In this document: piece after piece, positions 47,574-60,672 of the stretch | How the letters are laid out: each line of letters begins with the position of its first letter | How positions within the stretch are numbered: the first letter of the stretch is position 1 | Assembly: GCA_048128005.1 (NCBI GenBank) | Contig: JBEUKZ010000019.1 | Span: 372,001 to 436,000 of the forward strand | From: Veleropilina oligotropha | Taxonomy: Eukaryota | Length of the DNA: 64,000 bases | Direction of reading: 5' to 3' | Notes under the pieces: generated by a model | What the model saw: only the letters and a program-made list of their open reading frames with translations | The model's database searches: none | What the model was told of the DNA's origin: nothing | Program-made: the position numbers and the translations under genes

Positions 47574-48421
47574 AACAGCTGCTTAGGAAATCTCTTGCCT
47601 TACACTATGTCACAGCTGTTTATATAAATATTTTTCAGGTCGACGAGAGCGACCTATTGTCCGATTTATTAATGAAATACCTCGCATCAATAAGTTATTG
47701 TTGGATTAGGCGAATCGCATACGTTTCAGGTCGATCCATTGTCCGATTTATGAATGAAATACCTCGCAGTACATGTATCAATGGCCAGCCGGCTGTCTAT
47801 GGTTGACTATCCAGTACAGCCTATTCATAGCGTTTCGCTTCGCGATCTCGGGGATTCCCCCTGCCAGCAATGAATTGAAAACAAGAAACAATAGACGCCT
47901 AATAGCCTAATGAGTTTCTCAGCGGGTATGAATAGATATTCTTCTATTATCAAGACATGCCAAATCCGGGTATTTAAAATACCTCGGCCGCGTATTGTTT
48001 CCCCGAGCTCACAAGCCGCTTATCTGTCTGGCTGGTTAACCCAGCTAAAAACAGATTTTGTCAAACGTAGTACAGAAATTGCAAGCTGTCGATAGCTTTT
48101 GGTGACCCAGTAAAAAAAGGTTTGACCCAGTGAACAGTATCTGCTCCATTTAAAATTATTTTGTCCAGAAACGGGTCATCGCTCCAGTTACAAAGTTTTG
48201 GTCCAGATGTTTACATCTGGACAGTTTATTCTCTAAATGGAAATTCTACATGGTAACAATGAGTCAGCAATATAAAGTCTACACGTGACAATGAGTCAGC
48301 AGTCATTGTCACGTGTCACAATAAAGATTCTCGAGAATGAGGACACTAGGTCAGCCACGGGCTATGAATACACCATTGACACATAGACTATATCGGCGCC
48401 TCCACTACAGCTATAACGTTA

Positions 48422-48619
48422 CGCTCTGTACACACGGTAACTTTTTGTAATACAAGCTTATACCCTGAGTTCTGGAATAGGGCTGGGAGCCCCCACGGCG
48501 GCCGCCCCGCCCCTAGTCTATACCCCCTAGTTCCCACCAGTACAACCCTATCAGTTCTGAAATAGGGCTGGGAGCCTTATTTTCCCATTCTAAAAAGTAC
48601 ACTCACCCCCCCTGCTGCT
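48422..48619 (-). repeat. Right terminal inverted repeat
   Basis: Reverse complement of 33111-33307. Confidence 0.97.
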
Positions 48620-48935
48620 CCTTCGAACGGAGATTTTAAACCGTGGTCCCGACGACAATATGACTGAAAAATTGCAATAACTTGAAAACTGATAGTCCAA
48701 TCAGGTTAAAAGAAGAATTTTACAACTTCATTTTAGAAAATTTAATAATTAATGTTACAAACATGTCAGCTTCCAATAGTAAGTGACGACCATATGATAC
48801 TGTATTATTGAGTCAGATTAGTTCAGGTACTGTTTGACACTCTTGATTGATAGCACAATGTGTTAGTTGATCATGTCATCATGGAGGTTGACATATTGAG
48901 AGTTGATCACTGTACGTGTTTTGTCTCTGTTTCAG

Positions 48936-49053
48936 CTTCAAGTGCGGCATCGACTATCATGCCCCCACTGACTGCGCAACGATAAAGCGCTGGCTGACGA
49001 AATGTGCAGACGACTCCGAAACAGCAAACTACATCAGCGCACACACTAAAGAC
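48936..49053 (+). CDS. ARIH2: ARIH2 coding exon 7, second half of IBR ([14 protein letters not shown]...[15 protein letters not shown])
   Basis: Highly conserved ARIH2 peptide; completes the TG|C codon from exon 6. Confidence 0.96.
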
Positions 49054-49157
49054 GTAGGTCTATCAGGCGTTGATAAGTTTGAGGATTTACCCAATTATGA
49101 AATGTCCCCGATTTGTGTTGTCACAGCGTTTGTAGTAATTAACATGACTGTTTATTG

Positions 49158-49290
49158 GCTGTGCAGTGAGCCTCGTCACATGACCGAAGTTCATCAATGC
49201 TGTGCAGTGAGCCTCGTCACATGACCGAAGTTCATCAATGCTGTGCAGTGAGCCTTGTCACATGACCGAAGTTCATCAATGCTGTGCAGT
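49158..49290. repeat. 41-bp tandem repeat, ~3 copies
   Basis: GCTGTGCAGTGAGCCTCGTCACATGACCGAAGTTCATCAAT. Confidence 0.9.
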
Positions 49291-49889
49291 CATTCTACGT
49301 ATAACAAGTATTATGTTAATCCTCTGTTCTGATTGGCTGACGTCATTTTGTTAACTGACCATATACACCGGCCAGCCATTGTTTATGTATTCTTAAACAA
49401 CGGTGATGTCATAATCCTCTGTTCTGATTAGCTAACTGGCCGTCAAGGGAAATAACTCTGCCTTACTGACACCATAGATAGGTAAATGCAAATGGCTGCT
49501 AACAAGTGTTATGAACGAAATCTGGACTCCTCTGTTAATCAAGCGTCACGGTAAGAAATCAAGGTAAAATGAAGTTAAAATCAAGATAAATACGTTGTCG
49601 AACAACGTCTTGGTAAGTACCTCATAATGTTAAACCACTCAGCGCTAGCGCCTCGTGGTTTAACTTTATTCGGTATTCAATCCACCATATTCACCACGAC
49701 GTCGTCCGACAGCTTATATTGCTATAGACAAAAATCATCTGACCGGCATCCCGACTGCTGTGTATTTGAATTTCATTATAGTTTGTATTAAATTCTATCC
49801 GTAAGGCTTGAAAATTGTTTCCATTGTGCTTCAATCCCTGTGATTGCTATCTCTCATGTGATTCTCACCTATGATATCGTTTGTTTCAG

Positions 49890-49940
49890 TGTCCAAAGTG
49901 CAATGTTTGTATAGAGAAGAGTGGTGGGTGCAACCATATG
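49890..49940 (+). CDS. ARIH2: ARIH2 coding exon 8, RING2 with catalytic Cys ([17 protein letters not shown])
   Basis: GGCNHM motif; AG/GT sites. Confidence 0.95.
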
Positions 49941-50064
49941 GTAGGTATTCAAACATGGCAGTTGTCTGTTTGACTGCATAACATTAATATTTAGATTCTC
50001 ATGCACCGTGTATCACATTTTTCAACGCGCGTTAATCATTTTCATTGTAAACAAATTTGAAATA

Positions 50065-51201
50065 CTGTAAATCATGTAAATTTAGCGATCATGAAATTTT
50101 AGCGAGGAAGCCAAATTCGCTAACATTTTATGTCGCTAATATGTCTACAATTATATCCATGTTATAATATTATAATATAAGAGAAATTGTGGGTTGTAAG
50201 AAAATCCAATTTATTTAACCATGTAATAAACTACCATTGCGTAAGGGTATTGTGTTTTATTTATTGCTTGCCTTTTTATGTATGAATAAACCACATTGCC
50301 ACCAATTGTATGTTCAACTTTAGTCAGTTAAAAATCCGCTGTAATCCTGAAAATGTGCGTAAAACTTCGGCCTGCCATTTTGTTTGTCTTTGTCTTGGTC
50401 TCGCCAAAAGCGAGATTCAGTAACATGAAAATATTAATTATTTATTATAAAAATAATTATATTGGATTAAAACCCCTAAATCTGGCTAATATACGATTTA
50501 TTTTGCAAAGAGCATGTTCCTCTATATGCGATATCGAAGATTTCGTCAACAGAAAACGGCGGAAACAAACGAACGCCTTAACTTCCATGCCATAGTTCTT
50601 GTTCTGTAGATCGCATTTATTCAACAGTAAATCATAGAACCTCGTTTTCGTGCAAGTTCCACTACTGGTTCTCTGCCTAAATTATCTTTGTCAAACAAAG
50701 CAGTGTCCATTTTGAAGTCAAATTACTTTATCGCTACTGGAAAGTAACAGTAGATTTTGCATAGCTAACAACGTATTAGCAATTTGTAACAATTATTGAA
50801 TAAACATAGCAAATGTATTTGTAATCTTATTAATTACTTTAATTTAAGTACCAATTCACTTATGACTTACTTAATTATTGAGCTACTCTCGGAACATCAA
50901 TGTGATTATATTAATCCGATTAAGATTTATATAATGAACTTGCAACCAGTTGAACCCACTAGTCCTGCTAATTGTCATGCTTCACAAGATGCAGTTGCGA
51001 TAACAATTAACAGCCATATGGGGCGTCGGATAAGAATGAGGTCAACACATTAATGGCATTTATTGTTTTCAGTATCGCTAATAGTAACTTGACATAATGC
51101 ACTTCCCGAAATGCGAATTTTTTTAAAATTACATTTCGCTAATTGGTCCCCAGTGACCAATTCGCTAAATTTTAATGACCCTAAAATATTGTGATTTACA
51201 G
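50065..51201. mobile_element. Non-autonomous Tc1/mariner-pogo-like element
   Basis: TA|CTGTAAATCA...TGATTTACAG|TA with subterminal TTAGCGA/TCGCTAA repeats. Confidence 0.65.
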
Positions 51202-51439
51202 TATTAAATTTTTTTTAAGTCGATTCTGATAGTCCAAGACTGGGTTTGCAAGCTGAATATGACATTGCATAAAAAAATCAAGTCTGAATGTACAAAATTA
51301 TCATTTCAAACAGTTTATATAAAATAGTAGAGCTATATTAAAAACAATTGTAAAAATGCATCCAATTTTGCAGTAATAAAAATGAAAAAAGACCCCCATC
51401 ATCACTTTGTTTCAAACAGTGTCTGAGAGTGTAAATATT

Positions 51440-52640
51440 AATTTTATTGGCTCGCATGCAACGCAAATGCGAGTCTATGTAATGAGCATGTCATCTGGCC
51501 ATTCGTCCATCCGTCTGTCCATCCGTCTGGCGTCAACAATTGATTCTCCTGTTAAAGTTTTTGGTTATAGTATCTCAATCATGCTATATAAGCAACAATA
51601 TGCATGTTTTACCATTAATATATGTTGGACATCACTATTTCATTGTTATCTGACTATAAATAATTAATATTGAAGATAATTGTGTCCTCACAAACGAAGT
51701 TTAGACAGGAGTCTGTCTGTCGGGCTGATGTAAATACCTTTCCGCTCCATATCTATGATAATATTTTGTCTATACACGAAATTGATGTGTGGATGCATCT
51801 TAACCCAAAGGTGTGATGCATACCGAAAGTAGGTCACTGCGACCTACTTTTCATGCTTGATCACACTTGGCCCAAATTCCCTTCCGATCCATATCTCCCA
51901 TACTATTTGACCGACGGACACGAAACTTGATGTGTGCATGCATCTTAACTCAAAATTGTGTCACGTATCAAAGGTAGGTCACCACGACATAATTTTCATG
52001 CTTACCTGCATTTGGTCCCAAATTCTTTCCACTCCATATCTCCCATGCTATTTGACCTAGAGACACGTAACTTAATGTGTGGATGCGTCATAACCCAAAG
52101 GTGTGTCGCGTACCAAAAGTAGGTCACTGTGACCTACTTTCCACGCTTGACCGCATTCGGTCCAAAATTCCCTTCCGCTCCATATCTCCCATACTAATTG
52201 ACCGAGGGACACAAAACTTGTTGTGTGCAAGCTTCATATCCCAAAAGTAGGTCACTGCGACAGCTTGTTCCTGGGTCAAGTGCTTTTGTGGGGGCATGTG
52301 ATCACTGCTGTGATAACTCTAGTCTAATTCAAATTTACCATAAAATGCTGCTTTTGGACTTAGAAATTTCCGTTAAAGTTTCTTAAGCATGCTATATATG
52401 CAACAATAGGCATACTTTGGCATCTTCCTTTGTCAGATGTCACTATTTCATTGTCATCTAACCCTAGAGTAGAAATATTGAAAGCAGTTTATTTGGAATT
52501 TTGGACTTTTTATATGCTTTATATGTCTACTACAAATTGACAATGTCATCTACTATTGAATGTAGACACACTACTCATGAAATATAAGTGATTGATGCGC
52601 AGTTCCACGCATGTGAGCCATTTTGAGCTTTAGCTCTTGC
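51440..52640. mobile_element. HINE/DINE-like element (homologous to ~18680-19150) containing a second element with ~150-bp internal tandem repeats
   Basis: Shared TTGGCTCGCATGCAA...GCGAGTCTA 5' end and GAGCTTT-GCTCTTG 3' end; TCCATCCGTC microsatellite; repeated AAGTAGGTCACTG-GACCTAC. Confidence 0.6.
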
Positions 52641-52933
52641 TCACTGATAGTGATGATGTTAAGAGTCACTTGCAGACATATATTTTATGGCCGCACCGCT
52701 TTGTTTTGGATATGAGCGTGGCTCCTCCATTCACTTGCCTGATTGCTATTATTAACAGGAGCGTGTTCGAATCTTCGGCTCGCCACTTTGTTCAATTATC
52801 AGTCACAGTGGTCCGTAACTGACCAGCGCGGACGCGTTTCTCAGGCGATTGAGCTTTCTTCCAGTATTCAGTCACAAGTAAAGTAATGTAATTAAATTAT
52901 AATATGAAGTAACTTAGTGTATTTATATTTCAG

Positions 52934-52979
52934 CAATGCTGCAAGTGCAAATTTGACTTCTGTTGGATGTGTCTGGGCG
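52934..52979 (+). CDS. ARIH2: ARIH2 coding exon 9 (QCCKCKFDFCWMCLG)
   Basis: RING2 FCWMCLG motif; AG/GT sites. Confidence 0.95.
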
Positions 52980-53461
52980 GTAAGTTCAACATAACGTGCG
53001 TTAGTAGGTATTTAATGCAATTTTACTATGGCTTATGTTTTGCATTTCATTTTCACATTTATTGCCTCATCGTTGGACAATTTTCTTCGAGCGTGGTTAA
53101 AATCAACTTGTTAGCATATTCTCTATAGTTTATGCCCCAGTATGTAAAATAAATTTAGCAATAGCAGTGTTTTCCTTGAATTATTTTGATAGAATGCGGA
53201 AGACAATTTTGTTGAATTCTAATATGCCTGTTTAGGCAGATTGATCTTTGAAAGTCAGATTGTTTATTACTTAAAACATGGCAATCTTTTTCATGACTAG
53301 GTGGAAATTAACGTTCTAATTAATGTAGCGATTTAATTATGTCTGTCTGTCTTGTGGTTAGATATCTGCAGAAAAATGGTATTGCAAATAAAATTACAAT
53401 CACTATATTAGGGATAGTCCATTTACATTTGTGAGTTTTTGTGCATTTCGTATCTTTTCAG

Positions 53462-53589
53462 ATTGGAAATCTCACGGTAGTGAATATTACGAGTGCAGTC
53501 GTTATAAAGAGAATCCAAACATCGTTAACGAATCAGCTCACGCAAAGGCTCGGGAAGCTCTGAAGAAGTACTTGTTTTATTTTGAACGG
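53462..53589 (+). CDS. ARIH2: ARIH2 coding exon 10 ([18 protein letters not shown]...[14 protein letters not shown])
   Basis: Conserved ARIH2 peptide; AG/GT sites. Confidence 0.96.
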
Positions 53590-54659
53590 GTAAGTGTTTA
53601 TAGTCAGATCGCTTAACGAAAAAATCGATACGCGTGTGACAAAAATGCCAAATTTGGTATAGAAGATCTTTAGGGGGTACTAAAACATTTTAGTCCTGGA
53701 TCCACTCTGAAATGGCTTCCGTTGTTGAATTATGGGAAAAATTCAAAATGGCTGCCAGCGAATAACGTTTATAAGCGTTATTTGATTTATTATTGGGTAC
53801 CGTCATGGTATATATGTGAGTAACGTGCATTTTTATGAGTTATTCAATGTAGTAGAACACACTAGTATGTTGCGCAAGTCTTAAGCATATATCCTTGTGC
53901 TATAATTTGCTGACAAAGGATGGGTAAAATTAAAAATGGCCACCCCAAAATACATTTATGCATTATTAGAGTCAATACTGTTACCTTCTTGATGTATATG
54001 TATGTAAAGTGGGTTTTATTAATTATTCAACATAACAGAACAAAATAGTATGATGTAAGTCCGCAGCTTTTATTCATTTGCTATATATGTTGCTGCTAAA
54101 TGAGGATGATTAGGCATTTCCCCACAGATTGCTAGGAACATGCCGCATTTTATCTTTTTTTCAGAAAATAATCGCTCACTGTAGATATAATACTAAATGA
54201 GAAACAATATTAATATAACTAGCCAACCTTTACACGCAATAAAATGATTAAAAGAGTGATTTCCTCAGTAGTCCCACTCACTTGTCTAGACAAAAATACT
54301 GATACGTATCTTGTAAAAGCATTGAATTAATATCAAGTCTCACCAATACATGTAATAATGTTACTTACTCACGTAATAATAATACCTGTATTACTTATTC
54401 ATGTATGGTATTATCAAAACTTGAAAAATAATATTAATAATTTATAAAAACGTGAAAGCTGGAGCACACTTATCACAATTTAAATCCACTTGTCCAAGTT
54501 GTAGTTGTTCCTCATTCGATTATAAGAAATTATCACCTATTATCTTTTACTGCATAGACATTTACATAAATCCTGTGCAATCCATTTTAGCGTTACTACA
54601 CTTGCTGTTATTGCAGTTCCATTTTACACAAATATCTAATTTATTCTCTGTATGAAGTC

Positions 54660-55511
54660 CTAATATCTATATAGCCAACTTATGTTCTCTGCGGAATCTT
54701 CCACTGAGTACATTTCGCAGAGCAAGCAGTAGATGTCACCAAGTAACAAGGAGCGCAAATTTACATCCTTACCTTGTCTGATGGCTTTTTGTATCGAAGG
54801 CGTAAGCGCATCCATATGCGGAAGCATATTGCTCGGCACACCGTTCGGTCCGGAGTGCGCCTCCCACGCGTGGTGGCCGGAAGCAGAACCAAACATGTGG
54901 GAAACGGTCTGCGCTGGTAAAACACCCGACGCCGCAGTGGCGCTAGCCGAGTTTCGCCGAGCGTCATTCAGGAAATGGTAAGCGGACGAGAGGGTACCTC
55001 GCTCAATCTCTGATGTCTCGCTGTCTTTCTCTTTAATTAGCGTACCGAGTTGCATCTGCATATTCGCCATTAATTGCTGCTGGCTGGCAATTAGTTGAAG
55101 CAAAGGTGTCAATGCGGGGTCGTTACACATAGACGCGGACGGGGAAGAAACGGGCGGGGAAGAAACGGGCGGGGAAGAAACGGACGGGGAAGAAACGGAC
55201 GGGGAAGAAACGGGCGGGGAAGAAACGGACGGGGTTAGCGATGTTGGAACAGGCGGCTCCTGTGCGACGTCCGAAGATTGTTGATTGTTGACCGTGGTCG
55301 CATTCGCAGTGGCATCACTTCGTTCATGATCAGCATGAATCACATTGTCCGTGTACAGATGGATTAAAACTGGAACTTTCATGGATTGATGGGTGACGAT
55401 GCCCTGTTTTGAAAGTTCAGTTCGAAGTTTGGCGGCAGTCCAATTCCGGTAATTATCGCCCTCGTATGGGTTCTGGCGAGTTGCGCGTCGAGGTCGCGAC
55501 GCCATTGTCAA
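54660..55511 (-). pseudogene. Truncated DIRS/Ngaro-like gag (ORF1) fragment
   Basis: N-terminal WTAAKLRTEL..GI helix motif, low-complexity 15-bp repeat, LTPSIQKAIRQGKDVNLRSLL, then abrupt loss of GC-rich sequence. Confidence 0.55.
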
Positions 55512-57430
55512 CTGTTATCACAAGTGGCGCACCCAGTGAAAATGTCTTGATAAACCAGCAACTGTACGGTATGGTAGGCGACCGCTATATATGGCGGATG
55601 CCGTCTGAAGGCAGTATAAGACGCAACAGACGATGGTTAAAAAAGTAAAGAAATAATAAGAAAATAGCGTAGTCGCAGATATAGTTGTTCGTTGGATTAG
55701 AACTCTGAACTAATTTGAATCGCGCAAACTGCCTCTGAGAGGGCCGACGGAGCTCCTTAGACAAAGGATAGTGGGTACTGTTTCTCAGCCAATCATACAC
55801 GGTTATTCCCAGAGTGACGCGATGACGTATTGTGTTCCACCAAATTATATGCGAGGACCTGAACATGTAGTATATAAAGGCTATGCTATAGCTAGTAAGC
55901 GTGTCAGTGTCCAGGTGTCGTCCATTCTAATCACTTAGTATATTAACACTGCGGAAGACTAGGGTCTGCGAGAGGACCCAGACATGGATATTTCAGCAAT
56001 AGCTTTACCACTTTACTAAACGTAATTGTATCTGTATATTCTCTCTGGATGTGCTAGTATATAGATATATATTATATATGCGATATAACAATGCAACTGC
56101 CAACAGCAGTGGAAAGCATGGTGTTATGATGTTCATAAACATAGTTTATTAAATAATAAACTCACATGAAATTATTCATCACTGCGAAAAGAGAAAGGGA
56201 CGCAATGAGCAGACAAATCTCTCCATATTTCATTTGTTCAACATGGCTAGCATTGTTGGTCTTCTCCAGTAGATTCCGTGTCTACTGCTTTCAATCCCTC
56301 TCGTGTTCTAAGGCAGCAGTGGCTCACTCGGTAATGGCCTCATCTGACATGATGGAACCGTTACTGGTGAGGTATTTAATACACCACTGAATGCTTTTCT
56401 GGCACAACGTTCATTTCAGCATATTTCCATTCAGGAGGTGATGTATCATCCTCTGTATTATGGTATATGTAAATTTAAACAGACTTTTCGGTGTCCCATG
56501 ATAGGATGATCTTGCAGCAGAGGAACTAGGATGGTGGACGACATGATGAAGTCGTCCCACAGTGAAGGATCTATTGACAAGAGAAATGGACAATTGCAGC
56601 TGTCAGGTGTTCTTCTAATTCCATTACTCTGTCATGCGACACACATACCAATATGATACATTTGCTCATTGCTGCATGTAGGATGATGCATGTGTAGATT
56701 GGCAGAGGACATTGGTGTTTATTGTTCTAATGTTGTTTGGGTTGCACATCTGATTTGGTGCTCTCTTCTTTGCATTGTACGTTAATAAGCTTCTTGGTGA
56801 ATAGCGTGAAACTGAATGGTGACTCTGTAGGATCTAGATCTTTCAAACTGGTGCAAATAAGCGTCATATAGATGCTATAATTTAAACTCGCAAGTATTGA
56901 CTTTGTTGTCTTCCGAAAAGGAGCCTCAACACCGGGAAGAGTCTTTGTCAAAGAAATGTCTCCTAATGATCTGAGAAGCCTTAGATAAAGCATCTGTATC
57001 TTCGGAAAACGTCTTGTTTCCACTGCGTCACGAATTAAACTGTTCGTGCCATTATTATATAAGATTTACGTTGAATTTCTATCAATTTAGTCGTAAGCTT
57101 CAGTGAAATGTTGTTGAATGGTCTCTTTTAGTCTGGTTTTGTTTACTGTTTTATTTATTTCCAGTCCTTCTCTAACAGCTGCGGCGAGTGAGCGCATATC
57201 ATCAGTTACTCAAATAAGACAGCCAGGAGGGCCCGGGTTCGAGCCCAATCGGTGGCTTATTCTACCGCTTATAATAATGATGGCATATCCCTAATGTATA
57301 TCTGTCATATATTGGAGTTAGATCTTAAACCGGGTATCCCGACTGCATTAACTCTTTAGCGACCAAATTGATTCCGCGAAAACATATTGACAGCCATGTA
57401 TAGATAGTAAATTGACTATATTATACTTAA

Positions 57431-58443
57431 CCCTTTGGATGTTTGAACGACATATGTGTCGCCCCCGTATGCTTGTTAGAACGACATATGTGCGCCCCCG
57501 TATGCTTGTTAGAACGACATATGTGTCACTTTCTACGTCAGTGTTACTACATTGATTTGTATGAGTAATTTTGATTGGTTCCCGTTCAAGACACTGACCA
57601 ATCATATATCGTCTGTCATTTATGGGTGTGGTATGCCATTCTGAAGTGCAGAATGCATGTCATTGTACAGAAACAAATGAAACTAAACGAAAACGCATGT
57701 GCACCACAAACTCGGAAATAAAAAAAATGGCGGGCCGTGATGTTGGTGTTAGGAAAAAACGTTACGCTGTTGACGATGATGGCATATACAATAGGTCAAT
57801 GGGTGGAGTGGACCTATCGGATCAGTTGGTCTGCCAGTATGCAGATGAGAGAAGGACCGTCAAGATGTGGAAGAAGATTGTCTTCCATCTGCTTGATAGG
57901 GTAGCCGTAAACAGCTATATATGCTATAAGCAGAATAGAGGGAATGAGCAGAAAATGAACCGTTACGCCTTCATGACCGAATTAGTCGAAACACTTGTCG
58001 GCGGTTACCGTGAACCTGCCCGTAAACGTCGTCGGCCAAGTACTGGCAGTAACGCTTCTCGCTTACAGAATAAGCATTTCATCACATATATTCCCTACAA
58101 GAAGAGGAGAAAGTGTGTTGTTTGTGCCGACAGTGGGGAAGGTTTCTCTGGCACGAGGACCAGAACCTACTGTCCAACCTGTAATGTGGGACTCTGTATC
58201 GGAAACTGTAACGAGCGTTACCATACGTTGGTCAACTACAAAATATAAAAAAAGGACAACAACTGATTGTATCCAATGATTTTATTGTGCAGTAGACAAG
58301 AAGATGTAATTACATGAATAAAGCTATTTCTTATAAGCATAAAATGTCTTATTACAATAGAGTATTATGTATAAAACCACTATTTCCCAATATAAATTAA
58401 CATTTTCAGTACTGTTTCAAAATAATATTAAACAGTCAAAGGG
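57431..58443 (+). mobile_element. Inner internally deleted piggyBac element
   Basis: TTAA|CCCTTTGGATGTTT ... AAACAGTCAAAGGG|TTAA; subterminal GAACGACATATGTG repeats. Confidence 0.85.
57622..58248 (+). pseudogene. piggyBac transposase C-terminal remnant including the Cys-rich domain
   Basis: YNRSMGGVDLSDQ, MWKKIVFHLLD..VNSY, CVVC...CPTCNVGLC..C..YH; N-terminal catalytic region absent. Confidence 0.9.
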
Positions 58444-60544
58444 TTAATATCACTCAAAAACATATAAAACTATCTATCAGAGGATTCAGAAATGAATAAG
58501 CTCTCAGATGATGATAATGGTTATATATAATTATAATTTGGTCATATTTATTGTAGGTATACAATTTTGATAGAATAAGAAAATGAAATAAAATTTAAAA
58601 AAAAATGAGTTTCATGACTAATATTTCATAATTTTAGCAAACTTTCATACTTTATCTGATATATTCTGTGAAAGTATCCATATATGAACAGTTTGGTTTA
58701 AAAACATTTGTCTACATGCTGATGAAGAGTCCCAGTGGTACTTGACATGATATAGCTGGGGTTTTTTCAAAAAAATAATGAAAAAAACCAGCCGTGGTCA
58801 TGATGAAACGAATAAGAGAAGGTCCGATATTTTCAATGAATGGTGTATCTTCTTTGGGTATAATATCGTTATGATGAAATCCCTTTCATTTCGGACCGAG
58901 TCGACCACCTTGCTGGCGTCTGCGTCGTGAAGTGAATGGAACACGACAGTCCGTGGCGGCTTCACAGATTCTAGATGATCCGAATAGCACTGAAAAAAAA
59001 ATAATAATAATAAATACAATGCATAAGATATAATTAATAATATACAGAGATTTATACACAAAAAACATTCATGACTTCATATGATATTGTTATCAAATCA
59101 ATAAAAAACATGTTTCAATCAAACAATCATATTTCCATATTCATATGAACGTGTGCAAGAAAAGTCATCATCTGTTTGTTATAAGTTGTCTTTTATTTGA
59201 TTTTCTAACTATTATATTGGTATTAGGCTTTGCATTCACTTATTTCCAAATAATATATTAGATAATAAATTACGTAGTTATTATTTACTGTGGTAATATC
59301 ATCGTTATATTATATATTCAAGTCTGAAAAATTATATCGGCCACGCCCCTTATTCAAGTCTGAAAAATTATATCGGCCACGCCCCTTCTTCATATCGGTG
59401 ATCAGCTGTGATGCTTCTATTCTATATTTGACCTTCATGACCCAACACGCTGCTGGCCTCAATAAATAAATAGGGGCTGGATAGCCAACTATCTGAAACG
59501 TCCTTTGAAGGCATTTTTATGACTTGCTACCCACTGTGCTGTTACCCTGGCGCAGACATAATGCTCTCAGTCCATAACAGCAATAAAATTCCATGTCGGA
59601 TAGATTTACCACCGATATAAGGTTGCCAGCAAAATAACGATTGCAAATGGCATCATTTTCACACGGAAATATGAAAATGTACGGTCCCCTGATAGGCCCA
59701 TCGATAATTTGACTTCCATAAAGCACGAAAAGGTATATATATAGGCTATTCAAAATGTGCGGTCACATACGACCGGCTATGTCACGAAAGAGTTAAATCT
59801 AAAATATTCTCAATCAACCAATCCAGTCCTAATGATTAATTTATACAAACAGGGAGTCTAAGTCTGCTAGCTTAAATATGCTTTCGTGGCCTTCAACTCC
59901 CACCTCTAAATATTGTACCAGGTGTACAAATACCTTGAATTCAGTCATAAACTTGCCTGTGATAGCAGGTTTGGAATAATTAAGTTTCTAATGTGTTTTA
60001 GATATTTGTTTCGAAACTGTGGTAAACACTTGAAGTGATATTTGGTCCATTCTGATGTTGTAATCTGCTTTTCGTGATGCGAAATTTATCATTGACACTT
60101 CTTCACCTTTCTCCTCTATGTTGCAGAAATTATATTTAGTATAATATTTTGATTGGTGCTTCCTCTCTGCCACACTTCTTAGAGGTTTTTCTGTCAATTA
60201 TTTTGGCTGATTTTCATGAGGTATGGTTTGTAACGTACTATTCCTTGCTAAATGTTTTCAAGCTTTCTTTATTTAATCAAATGACAATGGCAGCCATGGT
60301 GAGATAAATGGTGAATATTGATTGCTAAGGTTTGGATTTGTTCGGTTTTATGCTTCAATGTTCCGTTTATAGTTAAATAGGCATAGCCAGAGATGGTTCG
60401 TACCCACTGTCTTGACAAAAACGGATTTCTATAAATATAATTCCTAGAATATTTCAAATAGCGACCTTTTACACATACAAAGTTGTGAAATTGGTTCATA
60501 AATGTTAGTAAAATACATCGCATTTGCACTCTCAGACTGCAGGA

Positions 60545-60672
60545 CAGTTGATAGTACTGTTGATAGTACTGTTGACAGTTGATAGTACTGTTGACAGTTG
60601 ATAGTACTGTTGATAGTACTGTTGATAGTACTGTTGACAGTTGATAGTACTGTTGACAGTTGATAGTACTGT
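60545..60672. repeat. Short tandem repeat (GTTGATAGTACT / GTTGACA)
   Basis: Direct observation. Confidence 0.9.

Larger units (their letters stand above)
33111..48619. mobile_element. Intact-looking Polinton/Maverick/adintovirus-like endogenous DNA virus, 15,509 bp
   Basis: TIRs, AG...CT ends, CCTTC TSD (33106-33110, 48620-48624), integrase, packaging ATPase, capsid-like proteins, pPolB-derived replicase; dense intronless ORFs and sharply higher GC than flanks. Confidence 0.96.
57352..59792. mobile_element. Outer non-autonomous piggyBac-like element
   Basis: TTAA|CTCTTTAGCGAC ... GTCACGAAAGAG|TTAA. Confidence 0.65.

Noticed and set aside
47537..48095. Short ORFs near the right TIR
   Set aside because: No motifs, lower GC, and overlap with direct repeats; treated as non-coding
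57622..58248. Domesticated PGBD host gene
   Set aside because: Only the C-terminal part is present, and it lies between TTAA-flanked TIRs ~1 kb apart, indicating a deletion derivative
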